Assembly: GCA_937921485.1 (NCBI GenBank)
Contig: CAKZSV010000035.1
Coordinates: forward strand, 5,949 to 69,948
Length of the DNA: 64,000 bases
Source: an uncultured bacterium
GTDB lineage: Bacteria; Spirochaetota; UBA4802; JAGODF01
Reading direction: 5' to 3'
Shown here: positions 45,865-55,212 of the stretch, in pieces
Layout: every line of letters starts with the position of its first letter
How positions within the stretch are numbered: position 1 is the stretch's first letter
Made by a program: the position numbers and the translations under genes
Notes under the pieces: model-generated
Databases searched by the model: none
The model's input: only the letters and a program-made list of their open reading frames with translations
What the model was told of the DNA's origin: nothing

Positions 45865-48027
45865 ATGAAAAAATGTAATAGTATAATCATTGTTTGTAGC
45901 ACAGCACTCATAGCTTTTTTCGGCTGCAAAGGAGCGCAGAAAGCCCCTACAACCGCACCTGCAAAGACCATTCCTCAACAATCAGTTGAAGAACCTTTGC
46001 TTGCGCCATTCCCCACACAGCCATTTCTGCAGCTTGAATCGGGAATGCATATCTCTACAATCACCCGTATCAGCACCGATGCAGCGGGGAATTACCTGGT
46101 AACTACCGCAAAAGACAAAACCATACGCCTCTTCAATGCGTCGGACGGAGCCCTTTTACGTACATACAGAATCCCCATCGGCCAGGGGGACGAAGGAAGG
46201 CTTCACGCAGTTTCGATATCTCCCGACGGAAAAATAATCGCATGCGGAGGCTGGACGGGATATGACTGGCATCGATCGAACTCCATCTATATTTTTGACC
46301 GAGAATCTGGAAAGATGATAAAAAGGATAGGCCGCCATCCCGAGGTAATCATGTACCTGAAACATTCACCTGACGGAAAATATCTGGCGGTATGCCTTGC
46401 CGGGCCAAACGGCATCCGCGTCTACGACACATCTGATTATTCTTTGGTAAAGGAAGACAAATACGGTGATACGAGCATGTATGCAGATTTTGACGAACAG
46501 GGAAGTCTGGTGACGGTTTCCGACGATAAATTTCTCAGGCTTTACGATAAAAAATTCAATCTTATACACAAGACCTATATTAACGATATGAAAGTTCCTG
46601 CAGCAGTATCCATTTCCCCAAAAGGCGACCTGATTGCAGTGGGCGATGAACTATCGCCGAAGATTAATATATATTCCCGCACTCTTCAATACCTTTTTTC
46701 ACCGCCGATATATGGCTTCCATCCCAGCACCGGTATTTTTACTCTCAGATTCTCCCGGGACGGCAACATCCTCTACGCAGGAGGTCAGGCGTCTAAACGC
46801 GTCAATAACCGTCAGACAAACTTCCTTCTTTACTGGGATAATAACGCACGAGGCTCCATGCAGGAGCTTGCCGTGGGAAGCGATTCTATTATGCATCTTG
46901 AACTCTGCAACGACAAACTTGCCTTCTGCAACGCGGACCCGCAATTCGGCCTCATTTCAGGAAACAGCTTGCTGTACTCCAAATCATCAGTCCTATCAGA
47001 TTTCAGAGTTACCAATAACCGCATCAAACTATCGAACGACGGGAAAAAAATCATGTTCGGGATTACCGAAGACCAGCAGGAAAGCGCAATATTTTCTTTT
47101 GATTCACTCAGTCCAATCAATAGTCAATCGGGCCTTTTCCCTCCAAAGCAACTTTTCACCCACAGCTACGGCAATTATGAGTGGAAAAACTACAGGGATT
47201 ACGCCGTTATCAACGGTTTAAAAATCGGTTTATTGAAATTTGAAAACTCGAGGAGTTTCGCAATTTCTCCTGATGAAAACAACTTTGTCCTTGGAAGCGA
47301 TTGGTATGTCCGCTATTGCAATCGCCCAGGCACAGTTCTTTGGCGAAAACAGATTCCCGGGGTTGCCTGGGACATCCATATTTCCGGCAATGGCAAATTT
47401 GTAGTAGCTGCTCTCGGCAACGGCGTAATCCGCTGGCTGCGCGCGAAAGATGGCGAAGAAATTCTCAACTTCTTTCCGCATTCAAATAAAAAGGACTGGA
47501 TTGCATGGACGCCAAAAGGATTTTACGCCACAAGCCCGGGAGCTGACTCGCTCTTCGGATGGCATGTGAATCAGGATCAAAACAAAGAAGCGCTTTTTTT
47601 CCCGGCATTCGTGTTCGCCGAGCACTTCAAACGGCCTGATATCATTAAAGAAGTTCTATCAAACGCCGAAACCGACGTTGAACTGGCAAGAAGAAAAAAT
47701 ATCGCGTTCCCCGATATCGCCGTCATGATGCCGAAACTCATGGAGATGGTCTCCAAAACCGAGAAGGATATTGAAAAGAAACCTGAGGCCGAAGGCATGG
47801 TAGTAGGCCGGGTTTACGGCGTTCATCTTGCTTCCGGCGAGGTTATTGTGGCATCTTCCCGCGCGCACCAGCTTATGAAAATGTACGACAAAGTGTACGT
47901 GAAAGCACAGGGGGAAAAAATACAAATGAGGGTCACTTTTCCCATGCTCTCCACGGCGAAATGCCAGGTTCTCGGCAATAAAGCTAAAGCATCGGCGATT
48001 AAACAGGGTGATATTGTGTACAAATAG
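45865..48027 (+). CDS. WD40/beta-propeller repeat lipoprotein (720 aa)
   Basis: Lipobox 'LIAFFGC'. Repeats such as 'TTAKDKTIRLFNASDG', 'VSISPDGKIIACGG', 'LKHSPDGKYLAV', 'TVSDDKFLRLYD', 'AALGNGVIRWL'. Ends in TAG. Confidence 0.88.
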   Translation: MKKCNSIIIVCSTALIAFFGCKGAQKAPTTAPAKTIPQQSVEEPLLAPFPTQPFLQLESGMHISTITRISTDAAGNYLVTTAKDKTIRLFNASDGALLRTYRIPIGQGDEGRLHAVSISPDGKIIACGGWTGYDWHRSNSIYIFDRESGKMIKRIGRHPEVIMYLKHSPDGKYLAVCLAGPNGIRVYDTSDYSLVKEDKYGDTSMYADFDEQGSLVTVSDDKFLRLYDKKFNLIHKTYINDMKVPAAVSISPKGDLIAVGDELSPKINIYSRTLQYLFSPPIYGFHPSTGIFTLRFSRDGNILYAGGQASKRVNNRQTNFLLYWDNNARGSMQELAVGSDSIMHLELCNDKLAFCNADPQFGLISGNSLLYSKSSVLSDFRVTNNRIKLSNDGKKIMFGITEDQQESAIFSFDSLSPINSQSGLFPPKQLFTHSYGNYEWKNYRDYAVINGLKIGLLKFENSRSFAISPDENNFVLGSDWYVRYCNRPGTVLWRKQIPGVAWDIHISGNGKFVVAALGNGVIRWLRAKDGEEILNFFPHSNKKDWIAWTPKGFYATSPGADSLFGWHVNQDQNKEALFFPAFVFAEHFKRPDIIKEVLSNAETDVELARRKNIAFPDIAVMMPKLMEMVSKTEKDIEKKPEAEGMVVGRVYGVHLASGEVIVASSRAHQLMKMYDKVYVKAQGEKIQMRVTFPMLSTAKCQVLGNKAKASAIKQGDIVYK

Positions 48028-48052
48028 AAGAATTTAATAAATTTTTATACAT

Positions 48053-48101
48053 AAAACCGCTTTCTTTATAGTTCATCTTTAAACAAGAAAGCGGTTTTTT
48101 T
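48053..48101. terminator. Bidirectional intrinsic terminator between convergent operons
   Basis: 14-bp stem AAAACCGCTTTCTT / AAGAAAGCGGTTTT with an 18-nt loop. T7 follows on the + strand and T4 on the minus strand. Confidence 0.8.
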
Positions 48102-48116
48102 ATGCGCGCATACGCA

Positions 48117-48719
48117 TCATATCTGCGTCATCAGATACATGATGCGGCTGGCTTTATTTCTCGGCATGAGGGAAATAAGATAAGAGGAGATGCTCATCTT
48201 GCCCGCCTCTTCCGCGTTGGCATCAATCTGCCGCAAAACATCGATGATGAGCGTATCCTCCCAGCGCACCATCAGCTCCACCGCTTTTTGCGGCTCGATG
48301 CTTTCCACCTGCTTCGCAAGCACCTTCACGTTGCGCATGTAGCCCGAGTATTTCTTCTGTTCCTGTTCGAATTTCTTCTTTTCGAGATCTAATCCTTTGC
48401 GCATTTCGAGGAGCTTTTCCCTTTCAGCTTCAAGAGACTTCTCCGCTTCCGCAATCTTCGCCTCTCGCTTATCCAGTTCCTCAATCCGCTCGCGGATTTT
48501 CTCCTTTGCTTTTTCAAATTCTTCCTTTGCCACCAGGGATGGCTCGTCGCCCGGCGCTGTGAGGGAAAGCTCCGGTTCCCTTCCGAATCTATCCTGCGCG
48601 GTGCGAAAGACATTGACGATACCCATATAATCGAGCCATGACACGAATACGCCGATTATGAACACCAGGAGAAGAATCAGATAAATTATTTTCGCCCTTT
48701 CGGAAACTCGTATTGCCAT
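48117..48719 (-). CDS. flbB: FlbB/YlxF-like (MotE/MgtE-N-type) flagellar protein
   Basis: N-terminal TM 'IIYLILLLVFIIGVFVSWL', a Glu/Lys coiled coil, and C-terminus 'IEPQKAVELMVRWEDTLIIDVLRQID...ISSYLISLMPRNKASRIM'. It is the last gene of the flgB operon. Confidence 0.7.
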   Translation of the reverse strand: MAIRVSERAKIIYLILLLVFIIGVFVSWLDYMGIVNVFRTAQDRFGREPELSLTAPGDEPSLVAKEEFEKAKEKIRERIEELDKREAKIAEAEKSLEAEREKLLEMRKGLDLEKKKFEQEQKKYSGYMRNVKVLAKQVESIEPQKAVELMVRWEDTLIIDVLRQIDANAEEAGKMSISSYLISLMPRNKASRIMYLMTQI

Positions 48720-48734
48720 CGGTCAGCACCTCGG

Positions 48735-49337
48735 TCATTCGCTGTTGCGCATGTAGGCGCGCATAACTCGGTTTACATAATTCCGCGTTTCCGGAAAATC
48801 GGGGATTCCTCCGCTTCGGTCCACCGCGCCCTCTCCCGCATTGTACGCGGCAAGCGCACGCGTATAATCGCCTTCGTATTTATCCAGAAGCCGACGCAAA
48901 AGCGCCACACCGCCCCGAATGTTTTCTTCGGGTTCAAAGGGATCTTCCACGCCAAGCGAAGCCGCCACATCAGGCATAAGCTGCATAAGACCCATTGCTC
49001 CGCGGGGTGAAACTGCTCTCGGGTTGAACGAGGACTCAACTTCAATAACAGCGTTTACAAGTGCGGGTGGTATTCGGTTGCGCGTTGCATAATTGCGGAC
49101 AATATCTGAAATCGCTCCTCGCCGCAGTATGTCGCCGTCATGATTTGCAGAAGGAGTATCTGCAATCACCGATTCCGCAGGCGGCCGATCGCGTACCGCT
49201 TCCGCAAGTTGATCCGCAAAACCCCTTTCTTCACGCGGAACTCTCTGCGGAGTCATCCTGGCCGGATAGAACCGCTGCCGTATTTCACGTATGCGGAGCA
49301 TCACTTCATGCATGCTTTCAATCATTGCATCCCTCAC
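48735..49337 (-). CDS. Soluble lytic transglycosylase (SLT) domain protein embedded in the flagellar operon
   Basis: 'VIEVESSFNPRAVSPRGAMGLMQLMP' and 'AAYNAGEGAV'. The ATG overlaps the fliJ stop (ATGA). Confidence 0.88.
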   Translation of the reverse strand: MRDAMIESMHEVMLRIREIRQRFYPARMTPQRVPREERGFADQLAEAVRDRPPAESVIADTPSANHDGDILRRGAISDIVRNYATRNRIPPALVNAVIEVESSFNPRAVSPRGAMGLMQLMPDVAASLGVEDPFEPEENIRGGVALLRRLLDKYEGDYTRALAAYNAGEGAVDRSGGIPDFPETRNYVNRVMRAYMRNSE

Positions 49338-49795
49338 ATTCCGGCTTCACGAAGTCTTCGAAGATGCCTCTTCTGGTTCGCATCGTCGTTCTCTTTGACG
49401 ATTTCCCTGTTCAATTCATACTGATATTGTTTTTGCTTTCGTTCTTTGAGCTTTTCCACAACCTTCTTCTCCCGCGATGCCTCTACCAAACGCGCCCGCA
49501 CTTTGTTGATCTCGCCTTCCATTGCATCGATCTTTACCTGAGCCGCTTCGATAACCCTGTGCGCAAACTCCACAAAGCGCTCGAACGCCATAGCCTCGTT
49601 ATAGGAGAACTTACCCTGATGCATCATGTTCACGAAACGCGCGCGCTCCATCTCAATTTTATTTTTATATTCTTCCTGCCGTGCCCTTTCGATATTTTGA
49701 ATCGAAAGCAGCGCCGCAAGCTCATTTTTCACCTCGCGCTCTCGTGCTTCCCGAATATCCAGAAGCGTCTGAAGTTTAAACTGAAACTTTTTCAC
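49334..49795 (-). CDS. fliJ: Flagellar export chaperone/stalk protein FliJ
   Basis: 153-aa coiled coil, 'KFQFKLQTLLDIREAREREVKNELA', in the position after fliI. Confidence 0.85.
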   Translation of the reverse strand: MKKFQFKLQTLLDIREAREREVKNELAALLSIQNIERARQEEYKNKIEMERARFVNMMHQGKFSYNEAMAFERFVEFAHRVIEAAQVKIDAMEGEINKVRARLVEASREKKVVEKLKERKQKQYQYELNREIVKENDDANQKRHLRRLREAGM

Positions 49796-49823
49796 TGTCT
49801 AACACAATCCTCATGCCCGAATG

Positions 49824-51227
49824 TTATCTTCTCGCAGACGCAAAATACGGCGTCCGGGCTCTTGCTTGAAGCGCTGCCGCCGGTTTTCCCTCTTTTATAA
49901 AAAGCTCTTTCAGGCGTTTCACAATGGAATCAAATTCATCTTTCTCGTATATGCCCTGCCGTAAAAATGCATTCATCTGCTCGCGCATGTCAATCGCGCG
50001 ATCGACCATCATATCGGAACCGCGCTTGTACGCTCCCAACATGATGAGGTCCTCGGCCGATTTATATGCGGCAAGAAGTTCCCGAAAGCGGTTCGCGGCT
50101 TCTAAGTGATCATGATCCACTACATCCTTCATACATCGGGAAATCGATCCGAGCACATCGATAGCGGGATAGTGATTTTTATGCGCAAGTTCACGATCAA
50201 GAACAATATGGCCGTCTAAAATCCCGCGTACCGCATCAGCGATCGGCTCGTTCATGTCATCGGCCTCGACCAGAATCGAATAAAAACCGGTAATGCTCCC
50301 ACCTTCCTGGCGGGTGCCTGAACGTTCAAGAAGCCGCGGCAGAATGGAAAAAACCGAGGGTGGAAATCCCCGGGTGGCAGAAGGCTCGCCGGCGGCAAGA
50401 CCAACTTCCCTTTGCGCCAGCGCAAATCGCGTCACAGAGTCCATGAGCAGATTCACACTCATACCCTGGTCGCGGAAATATTCTGCAACCGCATGCGCAA
50501 GAAAAGCCCCTCGAATTCGCACCATGGGCGGCTGATCGGAGGTTGCCGCAATGACCACCGAACGGCGAAGACCGTCCTGTCCCAGCTCTTTATCGACAAA
50601 ATCGCGCACTTCTCTTCCACGCTCTCCGATGAGCGCAATCACATTCACATCCGCATTGGTAAAACGCGCCATCATTGCAATAAGCGTTGACTTTCCCACG
50701 CCAGAACCGGAAAAAATACCAATTCTCTGCCCCCGCCCCACCGTAAGGAGTCCATCAATTGCGCGGATACCGACCGAAAGCGGCTTTGTAATGAGTGATC
50801 GATCAAGAGGATTTACCGGCTTGCTGTCCACCGGATAGTGCTTCTTTGTAAAAATTGGGCCTTTCCCATCTAAAGGCTCTCCTATGCCTGAGATCACTCG
50901 ACCGAGGAGTTCCTCGCCAACCGCAACAGTCATCCCGCCTCCGGCATCAACCACCTGCGCGCCAACGGTCACGCCGCGAAGATCACCTATCGGCATGAGT
51001 ATGAGGCGGTTTTTGTTGATGCCAACCACTTCAGCGAAAAGATATTCACCGTCTTCCCGGCGGATTTTGCACAGCTCGCCGAATTTTACCGCAGGACCGA
51101 TCGATTCGAGGGTCAACCCCGCCACCCGCTCGACCTTTCCGGTCTTTCGGACGACATCGATCTCATCGATAATATCCTTATACTTTGAAAGGACATCGAC
51201 TTTTTCTTGCGGAAGGATTTTTACCAT
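49824..51227 (-). CDS. fliI: Flagellum-specific ATPase FliI
   Basis: Walker A 'GIFSGSGVGKSTL'. 'SVNLLMDSVTRFALAQRE'. Confidence 0.96.
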   Translation of the reverse strand: MVKILPQEKVDVLSKYKDIIDEIDVVRKTGKVERVAGLTLESIGPAVKFGELCKIRREDGEYLFAEVVGINKNRLILMPIGDLRGVTVGAQVVDAGGGMTVAVGEELLGRVISGIGEPLDGKGPIFTKKHYPVDSKPVNPLDRSLITKPLSVGIRAIDGLLTVGRGQRIGIFSGSGVGKSTLIAMMARFTNADVNVIALIGERGREVRDFVDKELGQDGLRRSVVIAATSDQPPMVRIRGAFLAHAVAEYFRDQGMSVNLLMDSVTRFALAQREVGLAAGEPSATRGFPPSVFSILPRLLERSGTRQEGGSITGFYSILVEADDMNEPIADAVRGILDGHIVLDRELAHKNHYPAIDVLGSISRCMKDVVDHDHLEAANRFRELLAAYKSAEDLIMLGAYKRGSDMMVDRAIDMREQMNAFLRQGIYEKDEFDSIVKRLKELFIKEGKPAAALQARARTPYFASARR

Positions 51228-51235
51228 CTACGTCC

Positions 51236-52162
51236 TCACAGAGTGCTCGTGTTGCGGATTGCTTCCTCGATAGTATCGAGCTGCGTTGAAATGCGCGCAT
51301 CAATTGCGCCCACATCGGTTTCGATGATGCATCCTCCGCGATCGACCCTCGAGTCTTCGTAGATATTCACCTTTTTGAGAGAAGCCATCATCTTGATGAG
51401 TTCCTCTTTGTGTGCCGTGGTCATATCAAGGTCGGCGAAATTCACACGGATATCGATGCGGTCGCGGTCTTTTACCCTGCGAATTGCTTCCTTGATGTTG
51501 TTCATCACCACCTCCCGCCTCTCTACTATCTCGTCCTTTATCACCTTGCGCGCAATCTGCAGGATCATATCAGTCATCAGCTTTTCGGAAGAGCGTATTA
51601 TGTTATCGCGGATATCCACTGCGGTTGAAACAATTGTGCCCAGGCGGTCAATAAGGCGCAATACTTCCGCCTGGCCTTCTTTGTAGCCCTCTTCGCGGCC
51701 TGCATCATACCCTTTTTTATACGCCTCGTGCTCTATTTCAGATACTTTGAGTTCCGCGTCTTTGATCATCTTTTCGGCTTCGAACTTCGCGCGCTCAATC
51801 TCGCGCTCGGAATCGATTTTGAGCTTTTCCATTTCCGCTTTGATCTGCTCGCGCACGGATTCATGATGTTCAAAAGCGGCTCGCTTCCCTTCTTCTTCTA
51901 TCTGCTTCGCACGTAGCTGCGCGTCAGCAAGCATCTTGCGGACTTCTTCCTCTGTTTCGCGACGATACCGCTCAAGCTCGGCTTCCATTTCCTCAATGGA
52001 AGGCCCCTGATAGACATCAACAGGATTACCGTTTTCGTCCACCTCAAATTCGCGGTACTCCTCGTCGGTCATGACGTTCTTTTGATATTTGTCCGGCAAT
52101 TCAATCTGCTTCGGCATGCCGGCTATGTGAATTTCCGTTGGTTTGAATACCAGTCTAGACAA
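51236..52162 (-). CDS. fliH: Flagellar assembly protein FliH
   Basis: Glu-rich coiled coil plus C-terminus 'GGCIIETDVGAIDARISTQL'. The probable start is TTG at 52162 ('(M)SRLVFKPTE'), overlapping the fliG stop by 8 nt. The tracked ORF begins at 52213. Confidence 0.85.
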   Translation of the reverse strand: MSRLVFKPTEIHIAGMPKQIELPDKYQKNVMTDEEYREFEVDENGNPVDVYQGPSIEEMEAELERYRRETEEEVRKMLADAQLRAKQIEEEGKRAAFEHHESVREQIKAEMEKLKIDSEREIERAKFEAEKMIKDAELKVSEIEHEAYKKGYDAGREEGYKEGQAEVLRLIDRLGTIVSTAVDIRDNIIRSSEKLMTDMILQIARKVIKDEIVERREVVMNNIKEAIRRVKDRDRIDIRVNFADLDMTTAHKEELIKMMASLKKVNIYEDSRVDRGGCIIETDVGAIDARISTQLDTIEEAIRNTSTL

Positions 52163-53180
52163 TGAGTTCCTCCTCGCCGGCGCGCGCGACGATGATATCG
52201 CCGGCTTCTTCAAGTTTTCGGATTATATTCACAATCTTCTGCTGGGCCTCTTCAACGTCGCGCAACCGGATGGGCCCCATAAAATCCATGTCCTCGCGCA
52301 AGAGCGACGACGCGCGCTTGGACATGTTTCGGAAAATTTTCTCCTGCACTTCGGCATCAACGCCTTTAAGCGCTTTGGCAAGATCCTGGCTGTCCACCTC
52401 ACGAAGGACTTTCTGGATAGAGCGGTCGTCCAGAAGCACGATATCTTCAAAGACGAACATCCGCTTTTTAATTTCTTCGGCAAGCTCAGGATCCTCTTCT
52501 TCGAGTGCCTCAATGATGATCTTCTCTGTTCCGCGGTCAACATTGTTCAGCACTTCAACAATCGCATCGATACCGCCCGCGGAAGTGTAATCTTCGCTCG
52601 CCAGAGTCGAAAGCTTCCTTTCAAGCACCCGCTCTACCTCGCGGAGTACTTCCGGGGAGGTGCGGTCCATTGTCGCGATGCGCTTGGCCACATCCGCCTG
52701 TATCTGATGACTTAAGCCAGAAAGGATCTGGGCGCCTTTGTTTGGTTCGAGATACGCTAAAATCAGGGCGATTGTCTGCGGATGCTCTCCCTGGATGAAG
52801 TTCAAAAGATGGCTCGGGTCGGTGCGCCGAATAAAGTCGAAGGGGCGCACCTGAAGGCTCGAGGTAAGCCGGTTCACAATATCGATTGCCTTCTGGGTTC
52901 CCAGAGCCCGCTCAAGCACCTCGCGCGCATACTCGATCCCGCCGGTAGTAATGAAACCCTGGGCCATCATGAGTTCCTGGAACTCCTGCAAAACCCGGTC
53001 TTTGTCCTCAGGCTCTATCTTATCCAGACGGGCAATCTCAAAGGTAAGCTGTTCAATCTCATCTTCCCGGAGGTGTTTGAAGATTTCGGAAGACACATCG
53101 GTTCCCAGCGTCACCAGAAATATTGCCGCTTTCTGCTTTCCCGTCAGCTGTGACTTTTTCGATTGAAGCATGTACGCCAC
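52155..53180 (-). CDS. fliG: Flagellar motor switch protein FliG
   Basis: 'LTGKQKAAIFLVTLG', 'EDIVLLDDRSIQKVLREVD', 'MSKRASSLLREDMDFMGPIRLRDVEEAQQKIV'. The start may be ATG 53171. Ends in TAG. Confidence 0.96.
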   Translation of the reverse strand: MAYMLQSKKSQLTGKQKAAIFLVTLGTDVSSEIFKHLREDEIEQLTFEIARLDKIEPEDKDRVLQEFQELMMAQGFITTGGIEYAREVLERALGTQKAIDIVNRLTSSLQVRPFDFIRRTDPSHLLNFIQGEHPQTIALILAYLEPNKGAQILSGLSHQIQADVAKRIATMDRTSPEVLREVERVLERKLSTLASEDYTSAGGIDAIVEVLNNVDRGTEKIIIEALEEEDPELAEEIKKRMFVFEDIVLLDDRSIQKVLREVDSQDLAKALKGVDAEVQEKIFRNMSKRASSLLREDMDFMGPIRLRDVEEAQQKIVNIIRKLEEAGDIIVARAGEEELIV

Positions 53181-53282
53181 CCCTGCATAATAGGTAACGG
53201 CCGGAATTTTCGCTCCTATTAATAAAATACATGTAATAAATAAAACGTCAAATCATTTCTGCCGCAAACCACCGCAAAGCGA

Positions 53283-54980
53283 TCATTCTTCTGCAAGCCA
53301 GGTGCGGAGCAATGCCGCCACATCGTCGGGACGCTCCCGCGCCAGGTTGATGGCATTTTCCTGAAGCTCCAGCCGCGCCTTCTCTTCCAGCGAGAGCTCG
53401 ACTTCCACGCCTTCCTCTTCCGCTGCCCTGAGTGCCGCCTCCCGCATCCGCTGCTGTTCGCGCGCAAGCTCTTCTTCCCGAAGCCTTCTTCTGCGCGCAA
53501 GTTCCTTGCTGATCGCTCGATAGAGAATTACGCCAAGGAAGAGCGCAAATACTCCGATAAGCGCGGCAAGCAGCATGCGCTTCAACTGTTCCTTGCGGGC
53601 AAACTCTTCTCGAAGGGCGCGCCACTCGCTTTCACGATCGAACATAATGTTCTCGACAGCGACCTGATCGCCCCGTGCTTCGTTATAATTAATCGCCTTC
53701 TTGACGATATTTTCTGCCTGTTTCAACTCATCTTTCGTTAATGCCACCTGCACCGGCTTTTTCATCGGATCGAGGTCATAGGTACCATCAGGGTTGCGCG
53801 GCAAATCCTGCCTTCCGTCAACGGCAATGGCAACAGACACGCCGGTGACATTATACGGTTCTCTTTGAATCTTCTTTACGCTCTTATTGACGGCCTGGTT
53901 GCGGATTCTTTCACTTTTTTTATACTTCGCGAACTGATCATCGCTGGCCTTGTATCCAGGAGGCTTATTGCCTTCCGTGCCGGCAGGTCCTTCTGGATTC
54001 CAGCCATGGCCCTGAAATTCCTCTTTGGTGGATTTTTCGGAAATGGTCAGCGAATCCTTCACCTTCCGTTCGGAATACGGCGTAGCCGGATTGTCTTTTT
54101 CCATTTCAATTGGGGTGTATTCCTCCCGCTCCTCCTGCACCTTGTCCCAGTTGAATGCAACATTCAGGCGCACAATCTGAATCCGGTCGGGAGAAAATAC
54201 CTTCTCCAGGCCTTTACGGATATCATTCATGATGCTTGCTCTGACCCTCTCCTCCACCTTCTGACGGTACTGGATGAGCGTGTACTCGGCCTTTGCCGCG
54301 TCGAAATCGTCCTCAAAATCCGAAATAATTTTTCCGAATTCATCAGTCACCGTCACATTCTCAGGTTTCAGCTTATTTCCTACGGCACGGGAGACAAGAT
54401 ACTGTATGCCTTTCACTTCTTTCTTATTGAGCTTTTCATAACCCGATGCCAAATACACCGTTACCGCCGCGGTATAGCCCTCGTCCTTTTCCACATATAA
54501 ATCATCTTTGGTGATGGCTATTTCGACATTAGCCCTATCGATGTTGGTGAGAGATTCTATATGGCGCTTGATTTCATCACGGAGCGCCCGCATGTATTTC
54601 ACATCGAGTTCCCGATCGGTTTCCGTCCATTTGGAGATATCGAAAAGCTTCCAGCCCGGAATTCCCTTGGGAATCATGCTCTCCTGAGCTAATTTCGTGA
54701 CAATGATGTCCTTCTGGCGCGGATTGACGTAAATCGCCGATGTACCGGCAGTGGTATAGCGGAAGCCCATCTCATCGAGCTTTTTGGTGACATTACCGAA
54801 ATCTGCCGGATCGAGCTCGGAAAAAAGCACGACATTCTGCTGTTCACTGGATACAGAAAACAAGATAATGAACGCCACCACCACAACACCGCCGACAACC
54901 CCGATGATGATCTTTTTCGTGGTATCGAGCTTGCTGAAAAGCTCCTTTAATTGATTAAAGAGGTTCCGTAGAAAATCCAT
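53283..54980 (-). CDS. fliF: Flagellar MS-ring protein FliF
   Basis: 565 aa. N-terminal TM, 'YVNPRQKDIIVTKLAQESMIPKG', second TM near the C-terminus. GGGAGG RBS. Confidence 0.95.
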   Translation of the reverse strand: MDFLRNLFNQLKELFSKLDTTKKIIIGVVGGVVVVAFIILFSVSSEQQNVVLFSELDPADFGNVTKKLDEMGFRYTTAGTSAIYVNPRQKDIIVTKLAQESMIPKGIPGWKLFDISKWTETDRELDVKYMRALRDEIKRHIESLTNIDRANVEIAITKDDLYVEKDEGYTAAVTVYLASGYEKLNKKEVKGIQYLVSRAVGNKLKPENVTVTDEFGKIISDFEDDFDAAKAEYTLIQYRQKVEERVRASIMNDIRKGLEKVFSPDRIQIVRLNVAFNWDKVQEEREEYTPIEMEKDNPATPYSERKVKDSLTISEKSTKEEFQGHGWNPEGPAGTEGNKPPGYKASDDQFAKYKKSERIRNQAVNKSVKKIQREPYNVTGVSVAIAVDGRQDLPRNPDGTYDLDPMKKPVQVALTKDELKQAENIVKKAINYNEARGDQVAVENIMFDRESEWRALREEFARKEQLKRMLLAALIGVFALFLGVILYRAISKELARRRRLREEELAREQQRMREAALRAAEEEGVEVELSLEEKARLELQENAINLARERPDDVAALLRTWLAEE

Positions 54981-55212
54981 CTCACGCCTCCCAAAGGTTT
55001 CGAAGCAAAAAAATCGTTCTGCCGCCGGATATCCCCAAAAGAGGGTGAATCTAAAGCGACATAATCAATTTTGCCGAAATAAAAAAAAATGTAAAGAAAA
55101 AAATTAGTCTTTTCGGAAAAATTGATAAAATTTTTTTCATCGTCACCCTGCCAAACCTTCTTCAACGCTGAAGCGGGTGCATCGGATCCCTCCTTATGCA
55201 CCCGAACCGGCG

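Noticed and set aside
49061-49900. 279-aa ORF on the + strand
   Set aside because: It is antisense to the SLT, fliJ and fliI 3' end genes, and its composition is a mirror artefact of Glu/Lys-rich coiled-coil coding.
54947-55201. 84-aa ORF in the fliE-fliF gap
   Set aside because: It is F/Y/I-rich low complexity derived from a T-tract. It overlaps the fliF start out of frame and has no convincing RBS spacing.
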